Part shown: positions 23,744 through 35,139 of the stretch, piece by piece | How the letters are laid out: each line of letters begins with the position of its first letter | Numbering within the stretch: the stretch's first letter is position 1 | Assembly (NCBI GenBank): GCA_002633005.1 | Contig: NMRA01000229.1 | Span: 9,628 to 70,179 of the forward strand | From: Phoronis australis | Lineage: Eukaryota > Animalia > Phoronida | Length of the DNA stretch: 60,552 nt | Reading direction: 5' to 3' | Notes under the pieces: generated by a model | Told to the model about the DNA's origin: nothing | The model's input: only the letters and a program-made list of their open reading frames with translations | The model's database searches: none | Translations under genes and position numbers: made by a program

Positions 23744-23886
23744 AACACTTTCCATTTTAAAAAGGAAGTTTCCACTCATTCCCTTTTTGTGCCTGAAAAA
23801 TTGCAGATTTTTTTCTGCGCCTAGATTTCCATAATTTTGGCTTAAAAATTGATATATTCCAGTGAATTTGAACCTTCTGTTAATCA

Positions 23887-24230
23887 TGCGCAGAAATTTC
23901 TGCGCTGGAATCCTGGGCAGAAATACATGCGCTGGAATTCTGCGCAGAAATTTCTGCGCTGGAACTCTGCTGTGCGCAGAAATTTCTGCGCTGTAATTCT
24001 ATGCGCAGAAATTTCTGTGCTGGAATTCTGTGCAGAAATTTCTGCGCTGGAATTCTGTGCGCAGAAATTTCTGCGCTGGAATCCTGCTGTGCGCAGAAAT
24101 TTCTGCACAGGATTCCAGCACAGAAATTTCTGCACAGAATTCCAGCGCAGAAATTTCTGCACAGAATTCCAGCACAGAAATTTCTGCGCTGGAATTCTGC
24201 ATAGAAATTTCTGAATTCTGAGTAGAAATT
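23887..24230. repeat. Left subterminal array, 27-bp unit with palindromic core GCAGAAATTTCTGC
   Basis: About 12 units; spacer orientation flips near 24095 and again near 24185. Confidence 0.95.
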
Positions 24231-24894
24231 TCGGCTTTTATTATTTAAAAGCCATTTCAGTGAATCTCAGAAACAATTCCAATACGGAATGTAATAAACA
24301 TGGCGATTTTGAAATTTATTTGACACAAACATGTAATTACTCTACAGAAAGTGCAACAGTAACTGTGTAACCATTGTATGATTCATGAATTTCTGTCGAA
24401 CGCACATGCAGCAATACATCTGAAGAATTGTTAACGTTTCATATTACTCATGATAAAACCATAGACGGAATAGTCTTCATTGATTGCTGCAATAGGAAGA
24501 TTCATCACTGTTTAACTCTCAGAAATAAGTCACAAAATTTGCAAGGAATATCAGTCCTGGAAAAGTATGGATCATTTTTGGCAACTCCATACAAAATCTG
24601 TCAGGCAACAGAATTGTTGTTATAGCTTTGAGGTTCTTAACCACTTGGACCGTCATGGTGATAAAGCTCAAGTTTTGTCATCTTTATCAAACCACTACTT
24701 TTGAAATTATAGGAGTTCTGACTAAACGTACTCGCTATTGAGTTTTGCATATTTTCTGATTAATGACGGTTAGAACTCACAAGTTTTTGATTTCAGGTAA
24801 TACATGTTGCCATTTAGTACAGGTAAAGCATATTCCATAGACCCTATTCACACCGACAGGAGGCGCGTTCCAAAACGAGGCTCGCTACGATAGC

Positions 24895-25050
24895 TCTGGT
24901 GGCTTATCCGCGCAGTTGTACGACGTGTTACTCGAACAGCTAGAAAAAATACGAACACACTGTTTTACAATCCCTAAGGACGTTGGGATTCGGAAGCGTT
25001 GGGTCCTTGCCATACGCCGCGACGAAGGAAAATATGTCCGTGTAAAATTT
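24895..25050 (+). pseudogene. Degenerate THAP DNA-binding domain fragment
   Basis: FTIPKDVGIRKRWVLAIRRDEG matches the THAP F-x-F-P-K-D...W...I-R-R motif; the N-terminal Cys pair is only recoverable with frameshifts. Confidence 0.6.
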
Positions 25051-25374
25051 ATAACTGTTTTCGAATCATAATTTGTTGCATCTTGGACTGGATGCCGCCA
25101 TAGCAACGAGGACCCGAGAATCTTCGGCCAGCCAGGCTGTGTTTTCATGACTATGGGTTGAAGCGTGATGCATTTTTCTTTATAAAAAGGACAGGGCCCT
25201 CAATCCCTCAATTTTGGGGCCAAATATCGGCCCTATTCCCCTCTCAAAAATATTGAAAAATCACGCGAAATTCCCGGCCACGAGGCCTAAAAATCCCCTT
25301 TGTGATTGAAATTTCTCTCCAACGGTTCAAATCACCTGTGACCACAGAGGTGACAATTTAAAAAAGTACAAAAT

Positions 25375-25680
25375 CATAGGCGGATTTAGGGGGGGGGGCG
25401 CCCCCCCTTGACTGCCGCAAGCAAAGTAAACCAGCAAAACGTGAAGCGGGAGGAAACTTGTACTGAGTTCGAGCTAGGACCGGTAGCGGACGAGGGGGGA
25501 AAACACGTTCCGTTTTATTTTTTTAGTCCAACGACAGATTTCCTGAGCAGAAGGTATACGTCCTCGGCGCCCGCAACGTCCGGGCCACCTGCGTGCATAC
25601 AATCGCGCTTTGCCCGCTTCTCCGAGGATGTCGGGGCCCCCCCCTCACTAGGCCTATATGGTATCCTAGATCAGCCACTG
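25375..25680. mobile_element. hAT-like MITE with 5-bp TSD
   Basis: CATAGGCGGATTTAGG ... CCTAGATCAGCCACTG; AAAAT on both flanks. Confidence 0.75.
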
Positions 25681-26449
25681 AAAATGCTACTTGAGACAGA
25701 GCTATGAGAGCTTGCAACAGGGCGGGGTGCTATTGATGGTGATCGGGAGGTCAGTAGAGTTTTCACTGACCCGTCACTCGGCGAAACGTTCCCCTCTCAG
25801 AAGGCCGCACACACATGAGGCACCTTTCCCCTCGGATATGAACGAGGCCTCTGAAGAAACATGATAACTATGCTTGTTCCAGGGGGATCCAGGACTTTGA
25901 GTTNCACAGTATGACAAACATAACTTCATTCTTATATTTGCTTTCCATTTTTGTATAAAAAGCTCACACACTTTTTCATGTAATTTTTTTAATTACTTAT
26001 TTGACAAAAGATTCTGTGACCAAATCATTCAAAAAATTTTCATTGGTTCCCACATACCTTTTCATGGTGCATAACAGTGAAGATGAAGCATCATCGTTTT
26101 GATGTCCCTGCTCATCCAACTACAATCTGTTGAATAAAATAGAACAAGCATTTCATATTGCGCCTTACAAAAGCTGTTAAAATTTGTTGATTATTTAGGA
26201 GACATTGCCTTACCAGCTCCATCAAAAGTAGTGAGAAAAAATATACATGTTCTGGTCAGGAGCACAAAATGTAAATTGTACAGGCCATCTCAGATGGACA
26301 GCTCCAGGTTAAGCTGTTTGTCTCAATTGCACAACTAACAAGGAATGACAATAGGACAAACAAATCTGTCAAGGTACTTGAGAGAAACAAAACAGAATAA
26401 AATGCCACTTGTGGGCACAGCGTCCATTGGATCCACCTAAAAGTTGTCG

Positions 26450-27612
26450 TCATCTGTTGTTATGTTCATATAAATACACTTACTAAATTTAATAAAGATC
26501 CTGCAGTGGCTTTAGGAGATGTAGCTATGGGCGCAAAACAAAACTACAACTAGGAGGTTAGATAGAGGAGTGGACGCCAAAAGATTTGAAAACAGCAAAA
26601 ATGGCCACTAGGTGGTGCAAAATACCCCAATTTCAACCAAAAACAGGAGGATAGCATCGTCTCACCAATAGGTGCCTATATTCAAAATTTTATGAAAATC
26701 TGTTGAGGATCTTTGAAGATACAGAGGTAAACGTAGAAAACTAAAATTGCCAGATCCGTGAAAGTGGTCGTCAGTTGTCAACATCATATAAATAAACTTG
26801 CTAAACAAAGTAGAGATCCTGCAAACGGTTTAGGTGATACAGTCATGAGCGCAAAAAACAAAACTGCCACTAGGAGGTGCTACAGTTGAACTTGTCGGAA
26901 AATCATTGTCAGCCGTTCACTTCATAGTAAAATCATACGTGCCAATTTTAACAATTATCCTGAAAGCGGTTTGGTTGATAGGCCAGTGGACGCCAAAAAC
27001 AGACTCGAAAACAGTAAAAATGGCCACTTGGTGGCGCAAAGTAGGTCGAATTCATCTAAAAACAGAGAGCTAGCGTCACCTCATTAACAGATGCCTGTAT
27101 GCCAAATTTTATGAAAATAGCTAGGTTGAGGACCTTTGAAGATACAGAAGCAAACGTAAAAGAATAAAATTGCCACTAGGTGGCACACCAGTAGTTAGAT
27201 CTGTCCCAAAGTCGATGTCCTCCATTGCTGACGTCATATAAATACACTTACTAAATTTAGTTAAGATCCTGCGAACGGTTTAGGAGAAACAACCATAGGC
27301 ACAAAAAAAATGCCACTAGGAGGTGCCACAGATGTCAAAGTCGTCGGAAAATCATCGTCATCAGTCCACTTCAAAGTAAGAACATACATGACAATTTTCG
27401 CAATCATCCTTTGAGCGGTTTGTTTGATAGAGGGGTGGACGCAAAAAACGAATCCGTCCAAAAGTTCGCCCATGCCATCCCATCTACGGAAGGAACACAT
27501 TGTGCAAAATTTCATGAACATACGTCAAGGCGTTTTGGAGATAGAGCAGCCGACGCCGGACGCACAGATGAAGATGAGATGACGGCACATAATAAAGATG
27601 TGGACTCATAAA
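26450..27612 (-). mobile_element. Helentron-associated (HINE/DINE-1-like) element with internal tandem repeats
   Basis: Reverse-complement homology to 39966-40765; recurring AAATTGCCACTAG(G)TGGC units; terminus GAGATGACGGCA..ATGTGGACTCATAA. Confidence 0.6.
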
Positions 27613-28896
27613 AATTCTATACTTAGTTACCAAGGCTCTGAGATAAACAGACGATCGCATCAAAACTTAGTGTTGCCCAATATCTGGGTCCATGCAGAAT
27701 TGCTTAAACTTTCGCCATGAAACTTGCTTAGTTATTTTTTGTTCGATTTCAAAAACCTTGAAAGTCTTTCTCTCAAACCCGTGTTCTGGATTATAGTTCT
27801 TAAAGATAAAATTCTGGCTTTTGTCACAAAGTGTGCACTGTTTGTAAGTCTGAAGTGATATTAATCTTGGAGCACTCCTGTGACACATTGTTGTGCAGTT
27901 CTACGTACTATCATTCTGGGTCCTACTCATGGTGATGAGTTTTACCAAGACCAACTGTTTTTGTAATCGCCTCTATTTAAGTATTTCAACCTTAAAAAAT
28001 TCAGTGTTGTCATCCAGGCGTTTTCTACTCACTGTGACATGTTTCCCTGTAGTCCTGTGCTTGGGCACCAGCTAGTAAATATAAAAGTTATTATGTGCAG
28101 TTTAAATTTCATGTCCCTGGGTCCAACAAGAGGTACAGTAGTAATGGTTTGTTCAACTGCAGCACTTACATGATAAGTTAAAAGAGCAAACTTCAAGCTG
28201 GAATGGATCAAATTTGTAGACCAATAATTTTACCATTTATACCTCAGAACATAAAAAACAAAACATGTAGGACTCTGCCAGAAAACATGAACAAACAATA
28301 ATGCAAATGGTAATTTTCATTTGGTATTTAGTAAGCAAACATTGGTTCCATTTTCATCAAATTATTGTTGTCAACTACAGGTTGAGCTTTCACCTATTCC
28401 TTAAATCAATCAAAATGTTGTTGGTTTCTGCTTAGGGTTCAACCTAATGGTTGTCTGAATAATTGGAGTTTCCCTGTACTTTAAGGTTAGCCTTGCATCG
28501 AACTCAAGGGCTGGAAATGACCAGAAACTTGATAGCGAAATCTGACTGCTTAATACTGGCCATCCCAAGTTAGGAGGACTGCTTGATCAACCTTATATTG
28601 CATGAAAGCGTAAATGGAATGCAAAATGTTTCCTAACTTTGGGTTTGTGATTTGAGGTTTTACAAGACCTTATCAACAAGTCATTGAGCGAAATATCTAG
28701 AAAACTACACTGCATATCAACTCCATCAAAGCATACACTTTTTGAAAGCAGTAAGCCTGTTGAATTTGATGTCTTTTTAGAAAATTGATCAAACAGAAGG
28801 GTACATTGAGAACAAAACATTGGTATCGATCATTGTCAAATTTATTTTATTATATAAATGTTCAAAACCCTCACAGTCTAAAACAACACTTAGTTT

Positions 28897-29635
28897 TTAT
28901 GCGCCCACATATTTATATAGGTGGCACAAACTAGGTTGAATCCCTCAGAAAATGGTAAGATAACGTCACCTCATAAGTATGTGCTTGTATGCTAAATTGT
29001 ATGAAACAGAGGCTAGTGTAAAATATAAAATTGCCACTTGGTAGTCAGATTTGTCCGAAAGTCACCGTCGTCCGTTGTTAACATCACATATAAATAAACT
29101 TACTGAATTTAGTAAAGATCCTGGGAACAGTTTAGGAGATATAGTCACAGGCGCAAAAAAAACTGTCGATAGGAGGCGCCACAACAGTCGAAGTTGGAAA
29201 ATCGTCAGCTGTTCTCTTCATACTACAAATGTACATGCCAATTTTCTCAATCATCCTTTGAGCGGTTTGGTTGATAGAGTGGTGGACGCCAAAAAACAGA
29301 CTCGAAAACAGAAAAAGGGGCCACCGAAAATGGTGGATAGCGTCATCTCACTAATAGGTGCATAATATACCACATTTTACAAAAATCCGTTGAGGACTAA
29401 ATTTTGAAGATACAGAGGTAAATGAAAAAACTGAAATTGCCTCTAGGGGACACTGGCAGTCGGATCTGTCCGAAATTTCGCTGATGCTGTCCCATCCACG
29501 GAAGAAACACTTGATTGTGAAAAATTTCATGAAAAGACCTCAAGGGGTTTTGGAAATAGAGCAGTGGACACCGGACAGATGGACGGAACGAGATGATAGC
29601 ATAACGTGCTCATATATAAATATGTGGGCACATAA
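28897..29635 (-). mobile_element. HINE-like element, same family
   Basis: Inverted ends TTATGCGCCCACATATTTATATA / TATATAAATATGTGGGCACATAA, T-run flank and GGAC-type microsatellite remnant. Confidence 0.65.
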
Positions 29636-31519
29636 CAAGTAATGATAAAATGATAAATGATCTCGTCGATATATCACAAAAAGTACTCATGTTATTATGT
29701 CTGGTAATTGTATTGAGTGCTAACATGCTTTAAATGTCAAGTATCTACTGGCATGGTTATTCTGATTTTAAAACTAAATTTTTAACTTGCCTCATTTCAT
29801 ATCTTGAATCTCAAGAACCTACACGTCCCAGACTTTTTAGAACCTGTTTCAATTAAATGCAATGCCAGTTGAAAACAATACTCACCAAATAGCTTCATGA
29901 AAACACTGAGACAGATTGTGGTTGCTGTAGCTCAGATCTCCCGACTTTATAGTGTTGTCAGCTAACTCAATATTAATGGTCTGAAACTGGCTTGAAATGT
30001 TTGTCTCAACCATGCTTTATCAGTTAGTTGTCAAGGTTACGAACTTGAAAAGTAAAGCCCCCCCTTTTCAAACTGCTTGTAACTCCAGAACTAAGAACAG
30101 CTGGATAGGTATAAGACTGAACATTGAACTTAATGTTGAAATTTGCTAGATAATTATTAGATTTCATTTAACAAAGAATATTTAATTTCAGTATTCAGTC
30201 ACATCTGTAGAAGAAATATCTTTCAATTCTGAGCAAACTTAATTGCTGGGATGTCAATTACGCCTGATTATCTCTTCCGTTATCAAACTCAATGCAATGA
30301 TGGGAAACTCCCATTTTGGTTGACGATCCATATCATGCTAAAGACAAATGATCAATACTCATGGAGAACCTCTTTATCATTTATCATGATTCAAGTTGAT
30401 AAGAGATAAGAAATTTCATAACTTAATTATCCTAACTGGTGAAAAACTATATGAAAATTATACCAATTATGCATTAAAATTGTGAATTTTTATGAACAAT
30501 TTATATCATGTTCCATTCATATGAAGTCCTGGGAATGGTTGATATGAACTAATACAAAGTTGTATTTAATTAGATTTGTTTCCATGCTACATTGGATCGT
30601 GGTTGTTGGTGTTCTTGGTTTTGTTGTCTACCTCACCTCCAAATATTCTTTGGATTTCACCAAGTGTCGCTCTATAGAGCACTTTCACTTATCTTGTCAA
30701 ATCAAGCCTTTAAACGCACAAGAAAATTATTTTTTTATTTTTACAAAGATGAGTTAAAAATTAGCTGCTTATAGAAATGTCAAGAAAGTTTAAAAGTTTT
30801 AGAGCTAACCCTTGCTTGAAAATTTTAAAACTTTCTTTAACTTGCCAGAACACACAACACAGCTACATGTCTACACACTGTACACAAACTACAAGCCTAG
30901 GTTTCCATGACACAACTGGAGAGTGACTCTTATTTGAAATTAGGCCAGAGCTTTAGGCCATGGAATGTTGTTATCTTTTTCAATCATTCATCTTAGCAGT
31001 GATAAATAAACATTTCAAGTACACAGGTTTGGGTAGTTTGGATCTTCAGCTTTCCATGGGTTAGAGTAGGTTCAGGGATATACTTAGCCACTCGCCCAGT
31101 CGCCAATGTGAGTAAAAATGGTGCTCGACAAGTAGAAGTTGACTTGCCAGTTGCCCAGGTGGCGAGTGAATTTTCAGAGCGTTAAAGCACTGTATCATTT
31201 CCCATGAATAAATTTTCTCCTCATGCTGTTTTATCATGAATTTAAGGTTCAGTTTGGTCAGCATGTTGACGCTCCGGCAGTAAAAAACATTGGTGTTGTG
31301 AGATCCTACCGATTCAGTAGATGTCGCCCATTATGCGATTTATCTACAAAGATCACAGTGTGTGGTCGTGTACAAAGGAATTTGTGGACTAGTCCGAAAC
31401 GAAGTAAAGGGGGGAAAGTGGAACACCGGTCCATGGGCTCACAGCAAGTGAAATACCACATTTCGTGGAACTGTGTCATTTTAGCCAAAATTATTTGATA
31501 AATAATACAATTCATCCTA

Positions 31520-31897
31520 ATAAGCGCCCATGCTACTAGAAGCACCCCCCACTTCGCTAAAATAAGCACCCAGTCAATGAACGTGTACATATGCGAAAAA
31601 TGCCTTACCTGCAGTTCTAAAACTGTACAGTAATGTCTTCCCAAAATTTATCAATAATATCCGACAGTCCTGAAAAATCATTGTGCGTGGACTTTCTAGA
31701 CCACGAGCCTCGCCGCTATGTTGGTATTTAGCCATGGCTGTACACTTCAAACTTCCGCAATGCCTCAAAAAGAACGCAAAAGTTTTGCTGATCTTGCGAG
31801 GAACGTGTCCCACTAAGGTCAGGCCTTTAAGAACAGATGCAGCGTACTTGTCAACAGAATTGTAGTGTATCTTTCCCATGCTGATCTTTTCCCTCAA
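31520..31897 (-). pseudogene. Transposon-borne HIRAN-like domain relic next to a Tc1/pogo-type terminal motif
   Basis: NSVDKYAASVLK..VGHVPRKIS..F..FL..G...C.......S....GLESP; TAAGCGCCC/TAAGCACCC motifs at 31520-31570. Confidence 0.5.
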
Positions 31898-33691
31898 CAG
31901 GAATCCAGATTACAATGGCCAAAAAGTGGAGTTGGGATAATGACTGAGAACATGTAATAATCTATATTTATTTCGTAATAACTTGCATCTGCTTTTCAGC
32001 TTTCAACTGTGGATGCTGCTGTTGTTGAATATAATAATAGTACCGTTTTCCTGGGATTATGGTGGAGCCAGATTCCTTAACTTTTTGCAAGAAACCCAAT
32101 GGTACTATTGAAAATGGGCTATTTGCAAAAAGGAGGTTGTCTGGTAAACCGCCCTGAACTTTCGTGACACCTGTGAATTTGAAACCTCTTACATCATTCA
32201 CAGGTACAAGGCTCGAAAAGTCAGTGACATAATTTCTAAACCAGATAATCTTCACAATCTGGTTGTGAAATATTGTAATTAAATATATTTGATATATTAT
32301 ATGCAACAGTTTTCTGTTGAAGACCTTAACTGTCTGTGTAACTTTTCCCCTGGTATTACCATTATAACTTCATCTAGTCGTTACAAAACATGGCTCCGAA
32401 TTTTTTGGTTTACTAATGAAACTTTAGCATTGTCTCTTATAGCAGTTATAAACACACCTTCAGCAACAACAGATTTGGGCTTAGACATTTTACTGTAATG
32501 AAATGGAGCTCAAAATTTTCAGAACCATATACTTGTGATTTCTACAACTTGCTATTGCTCAAAATTTAAAGCTATTAGGGTAGACATATCACACCAAGTC
32601 ATATTATTCATGGAGAATGTTGTCGTGTTATAATAACTGTAAGATGTTTGGCTACTAAAATTTGGCAGCCTAGTTTTTTTTGAGAGCCTAACTGTAGTTA
32701 CACGACCCTTAAGGACGCAATGTGGCTAACAAGTGAAATTTTATTTTATGATTTTACATTTTCAAGTTTTCTACTGCAGCCTTCATAACACTAAGTTTTG
32801 AAAAGTTAACATTTGCAACAATGCCAAAATGCCTTGAATACAAAAAAGGGGCATTTTAAAAATTGTTTTTGTCCGAAATTTGCAAGATTGAAACAAGGGC
32901 ATTTTTGGCAAAATTTTTAGTCTAAAATTGGTATGAGTCTACTGTGGTGACCAACTGTGATTTATTAGAAGTCACATGGCATCATTTACTAAAAGCTGAT
33001 AATAGTTCATTTGGAAAATAATGAACATTTGAAAAGAGCAGCATTTTACTTATTTGCCATTAAAAGGAAGAGTATTAATTGTAGACCCATAAAACTTTAT
33101 CTGATAATCTTGTTATGTTCCCAAATATCATGCCCGGATGCCTGTCATCATGTGACTTATATTTTTTGTCTGTTTTCATGGAAAGTCAAGCAAAAACATT
33201 TGGATTGACATTTTAGCACAATTCCAAGGCCAAAAATGAAGACATCGATAATCCCTATAATGGAAGTTTTGACCATAGAGCTCTCAATATAAAAGTTAGA
33301 CCTAAATACAAAATTCCAGAAGTGCTTTAATTTGTTATTTATGAAACTCCCGTACAAAAAATTCATGTTAATGAAAAGTATAACAATACTCATGAAAATT
33401 CACAGTTATTGACAAATAAGTTGTGATAATAAACAACTGATTATTGCTTCTGTGCAGATCATTATTTTCTGCGATCATTACGGCTTTTGAAAATTTGTAG
33501 TGTTTGGGTCTGCCATTAACACACACGTAGACAATCATAATTAGTTATAGCTCACAAATATTATTTTAGACCACTTATCATTGTTTTGTGTTGTATCATT
33601 TTGATTGCATTGTTATAATTTTACTACTCAAGTCAACAATAAGTGGAATCTGGTAGAGATTATCATTTTTGTAGAGAGAAAAACGTTTAAC

Positions 33692-34620
33692 TTCTGCGCA
33701 GAGTCCCAGCGCAGAAATTTCTGCACAGAATTCCAGCGCAGAAATTTCTGCACAGAATTCCAGCGCAGAAATTTCTGCACAGAATTCCAGCGCAGAAATT
33801 TCTGCACAGAATTCCAGCGCAGAAATTTCTGCACAGAATTCCAGCGCAGAAATTCCTGCGAAGAGTCCCAGCGCAGAAACTTCTGCACAGAATTCCAGCG
33901 CAGAAATTTTTGCGCAGCAACATTCCAGTGCAAAAAATTCTGCGCAGAAATTTCTGCACAGAATTCCAGCGCAGAAATTTCTGCACAGAGTCCCAGTGCA
34001 GAAATTTTTGCGCAGAGTCCCAGTGCAGAAATTTTTGCGCAGAGTCCCAGCGCAGAAATTTCTGCACAGAATTCCAGCGCAGAAATTTCTGCACAGATTT
34101 CCAGCGCAGAAATTTCTGCACAGAATTCCAGCGCAGAAATTTCTGCGCAGAGTCCCAGCGCAGAAATTTCTGCGAAGAGTCCCAGCGCAGAAATTTCTGC
34201 ACAGAATTCCAGCGCAGAAATTTCTGCGCAGCAAAATTCCAGTGAAGAAAATTCTGCGTAGCAACATTCCAGTGCAGAAAATTCTGCGCAGAAATTTCTG
34301 CACAGAATTCCAGCGCAGAAATTTCTGCGCAGAGTCCCAGTGCAGAAATTTTTGCGCAGAGTCCCAGCGCAGAAATTTCTGCACAGAATTCCAGCGCAGA
34401 AATTTCTGCACAGATTTCCAGCGCAGAAATTTTTGCACAGAATTCCAGCGCAGAAATTTCTGCGCAGAGTCCCAGCGCAGAAATTTCTGCGAAGAGTCCC
34501 AGCGCAGAAATTTCTGCACAGAATTCCAGCGCAGAAATTTCTGCGCAGCGACATTCCAGTGAAGAAAATTCTGCACAGCAACATTCCAGTGCAGAAAATT
34601 CTGCGCAGAAATTTCTGCGC
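33692..34620. repeat. Right subterminal array, 27-bp unit GCGCAGAAATTTCTGCACAGAATTCCA with higher-order blocks
   Basis: About 34 units; the variant GCAACATTCCAGTGCA recurs at ~33917, ~34261 and ~34578. Confidence 0.95.
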
Positions 34621-34768
34621 ACGATACAACATAGGGTTGACATGCAATGGAATATATCAATTTTTAAGCCAAAATGATTTAAATCCAGGCGCAGAAAAAA
34701 TCTACAACTTTTCTGGCACAAAAAGGGAATGAGTGGAAATTCCCTTTTTAAAATGGAAACTGTTTTAG

Positions 34769-35008
34769 GTACTTCCTGTACATGTTCAGTTCAAGTTATT
34801 AATTGCTACCTCTTGACATATATTTACAAATCATCCCAGCCCTAGCTAATCTTCCCCATTGGTTAGTTTTATATTTGGCACACATTCTGATTGGTCGAAT
34901 AGGTTCAGTTGCATGCTATATGTTAGATTTTTATACTATCACCTCAGAAGCTTTTAATACATCATACGAACCACCTCGGGTTTTATCTTTGTGCTATATA
35001 AACCCACA
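34769..35008 (+). repeat. Remainder of the BEL 3' LTR
   Basis: GTACTTCCTG...AACCCACA; 4 substitutions vs the 5' LTR over the last ~183 bp. Confidence 0.92.
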
Positions 35009-35027
35009 ATGTGTGTATGTTCCACAG

Positions 35028-35139
35028 GGATCACAGAAGGCTCCTGGCTAGCCAACTCCCAAGTCATTCTGCTGTCAGGCGTCAACATTTTGACAACAAA
35101 CAACCCCTCATGTTCTAGTCATAGAACGTATGCATTCAG
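35028..35139 (+). pseudogene. BIRC6: BIRC6 exon
   Basis: cacag|..PHVLVIERMHS|gtgag. Confidence 0.8.

Larger units (their letters stand above)
23744..34764. mobile_element. 11-kb non-autonomous foldback-like DNA element (long TIRs plus subterminal palindromic arrays)
   Basis: TTAG duplicated at 23740-23743 and 34765-34768; ~125-bp TIRs (AACACTTTCCATTTTAAAAAGG.. / ..CCTTTTTAAAATGGAAACTGTT, ~90% identical by eye); 27-bp arrays inside both ends; the LTR resumes exactly after it. Confidence 0.92.
18136..35008 (+). mobile_element. BEL/Pao LTR retrotransposon, near full length, 3' LTR interrupted
   Basis: Matching LTRs; 5-bp TSD ATGCG (18131-18135) / ATGTG (35009-35013); PBS, gag-pro, RT-RH-IN and PPT all present. 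Confidence 0.95.

Noticed and set aside
25770-25880. Hammerhead ribozyme, or SRP/RNase MRP RNA
   Set aside because: GAAA and CTGAAGA are present but no NUH site or stems fit the core; the SRP helix-8 and MRP CR-V motifs are absent.
33692-34620. CRISPR-like array of palindromic repeats
   Set aside because: Spacers are ~13 nt and near-identical rather than unique, there are no cas genes, and the context is eukaryotic.
33596-34732. Long ORFs (up to 354 aa) on both strands, and similar ORFs at 23849-24221
   Set aside because: Artefacts of a stop-free 27-bp (9-codon) tandem repeat, open in nearly all frames.
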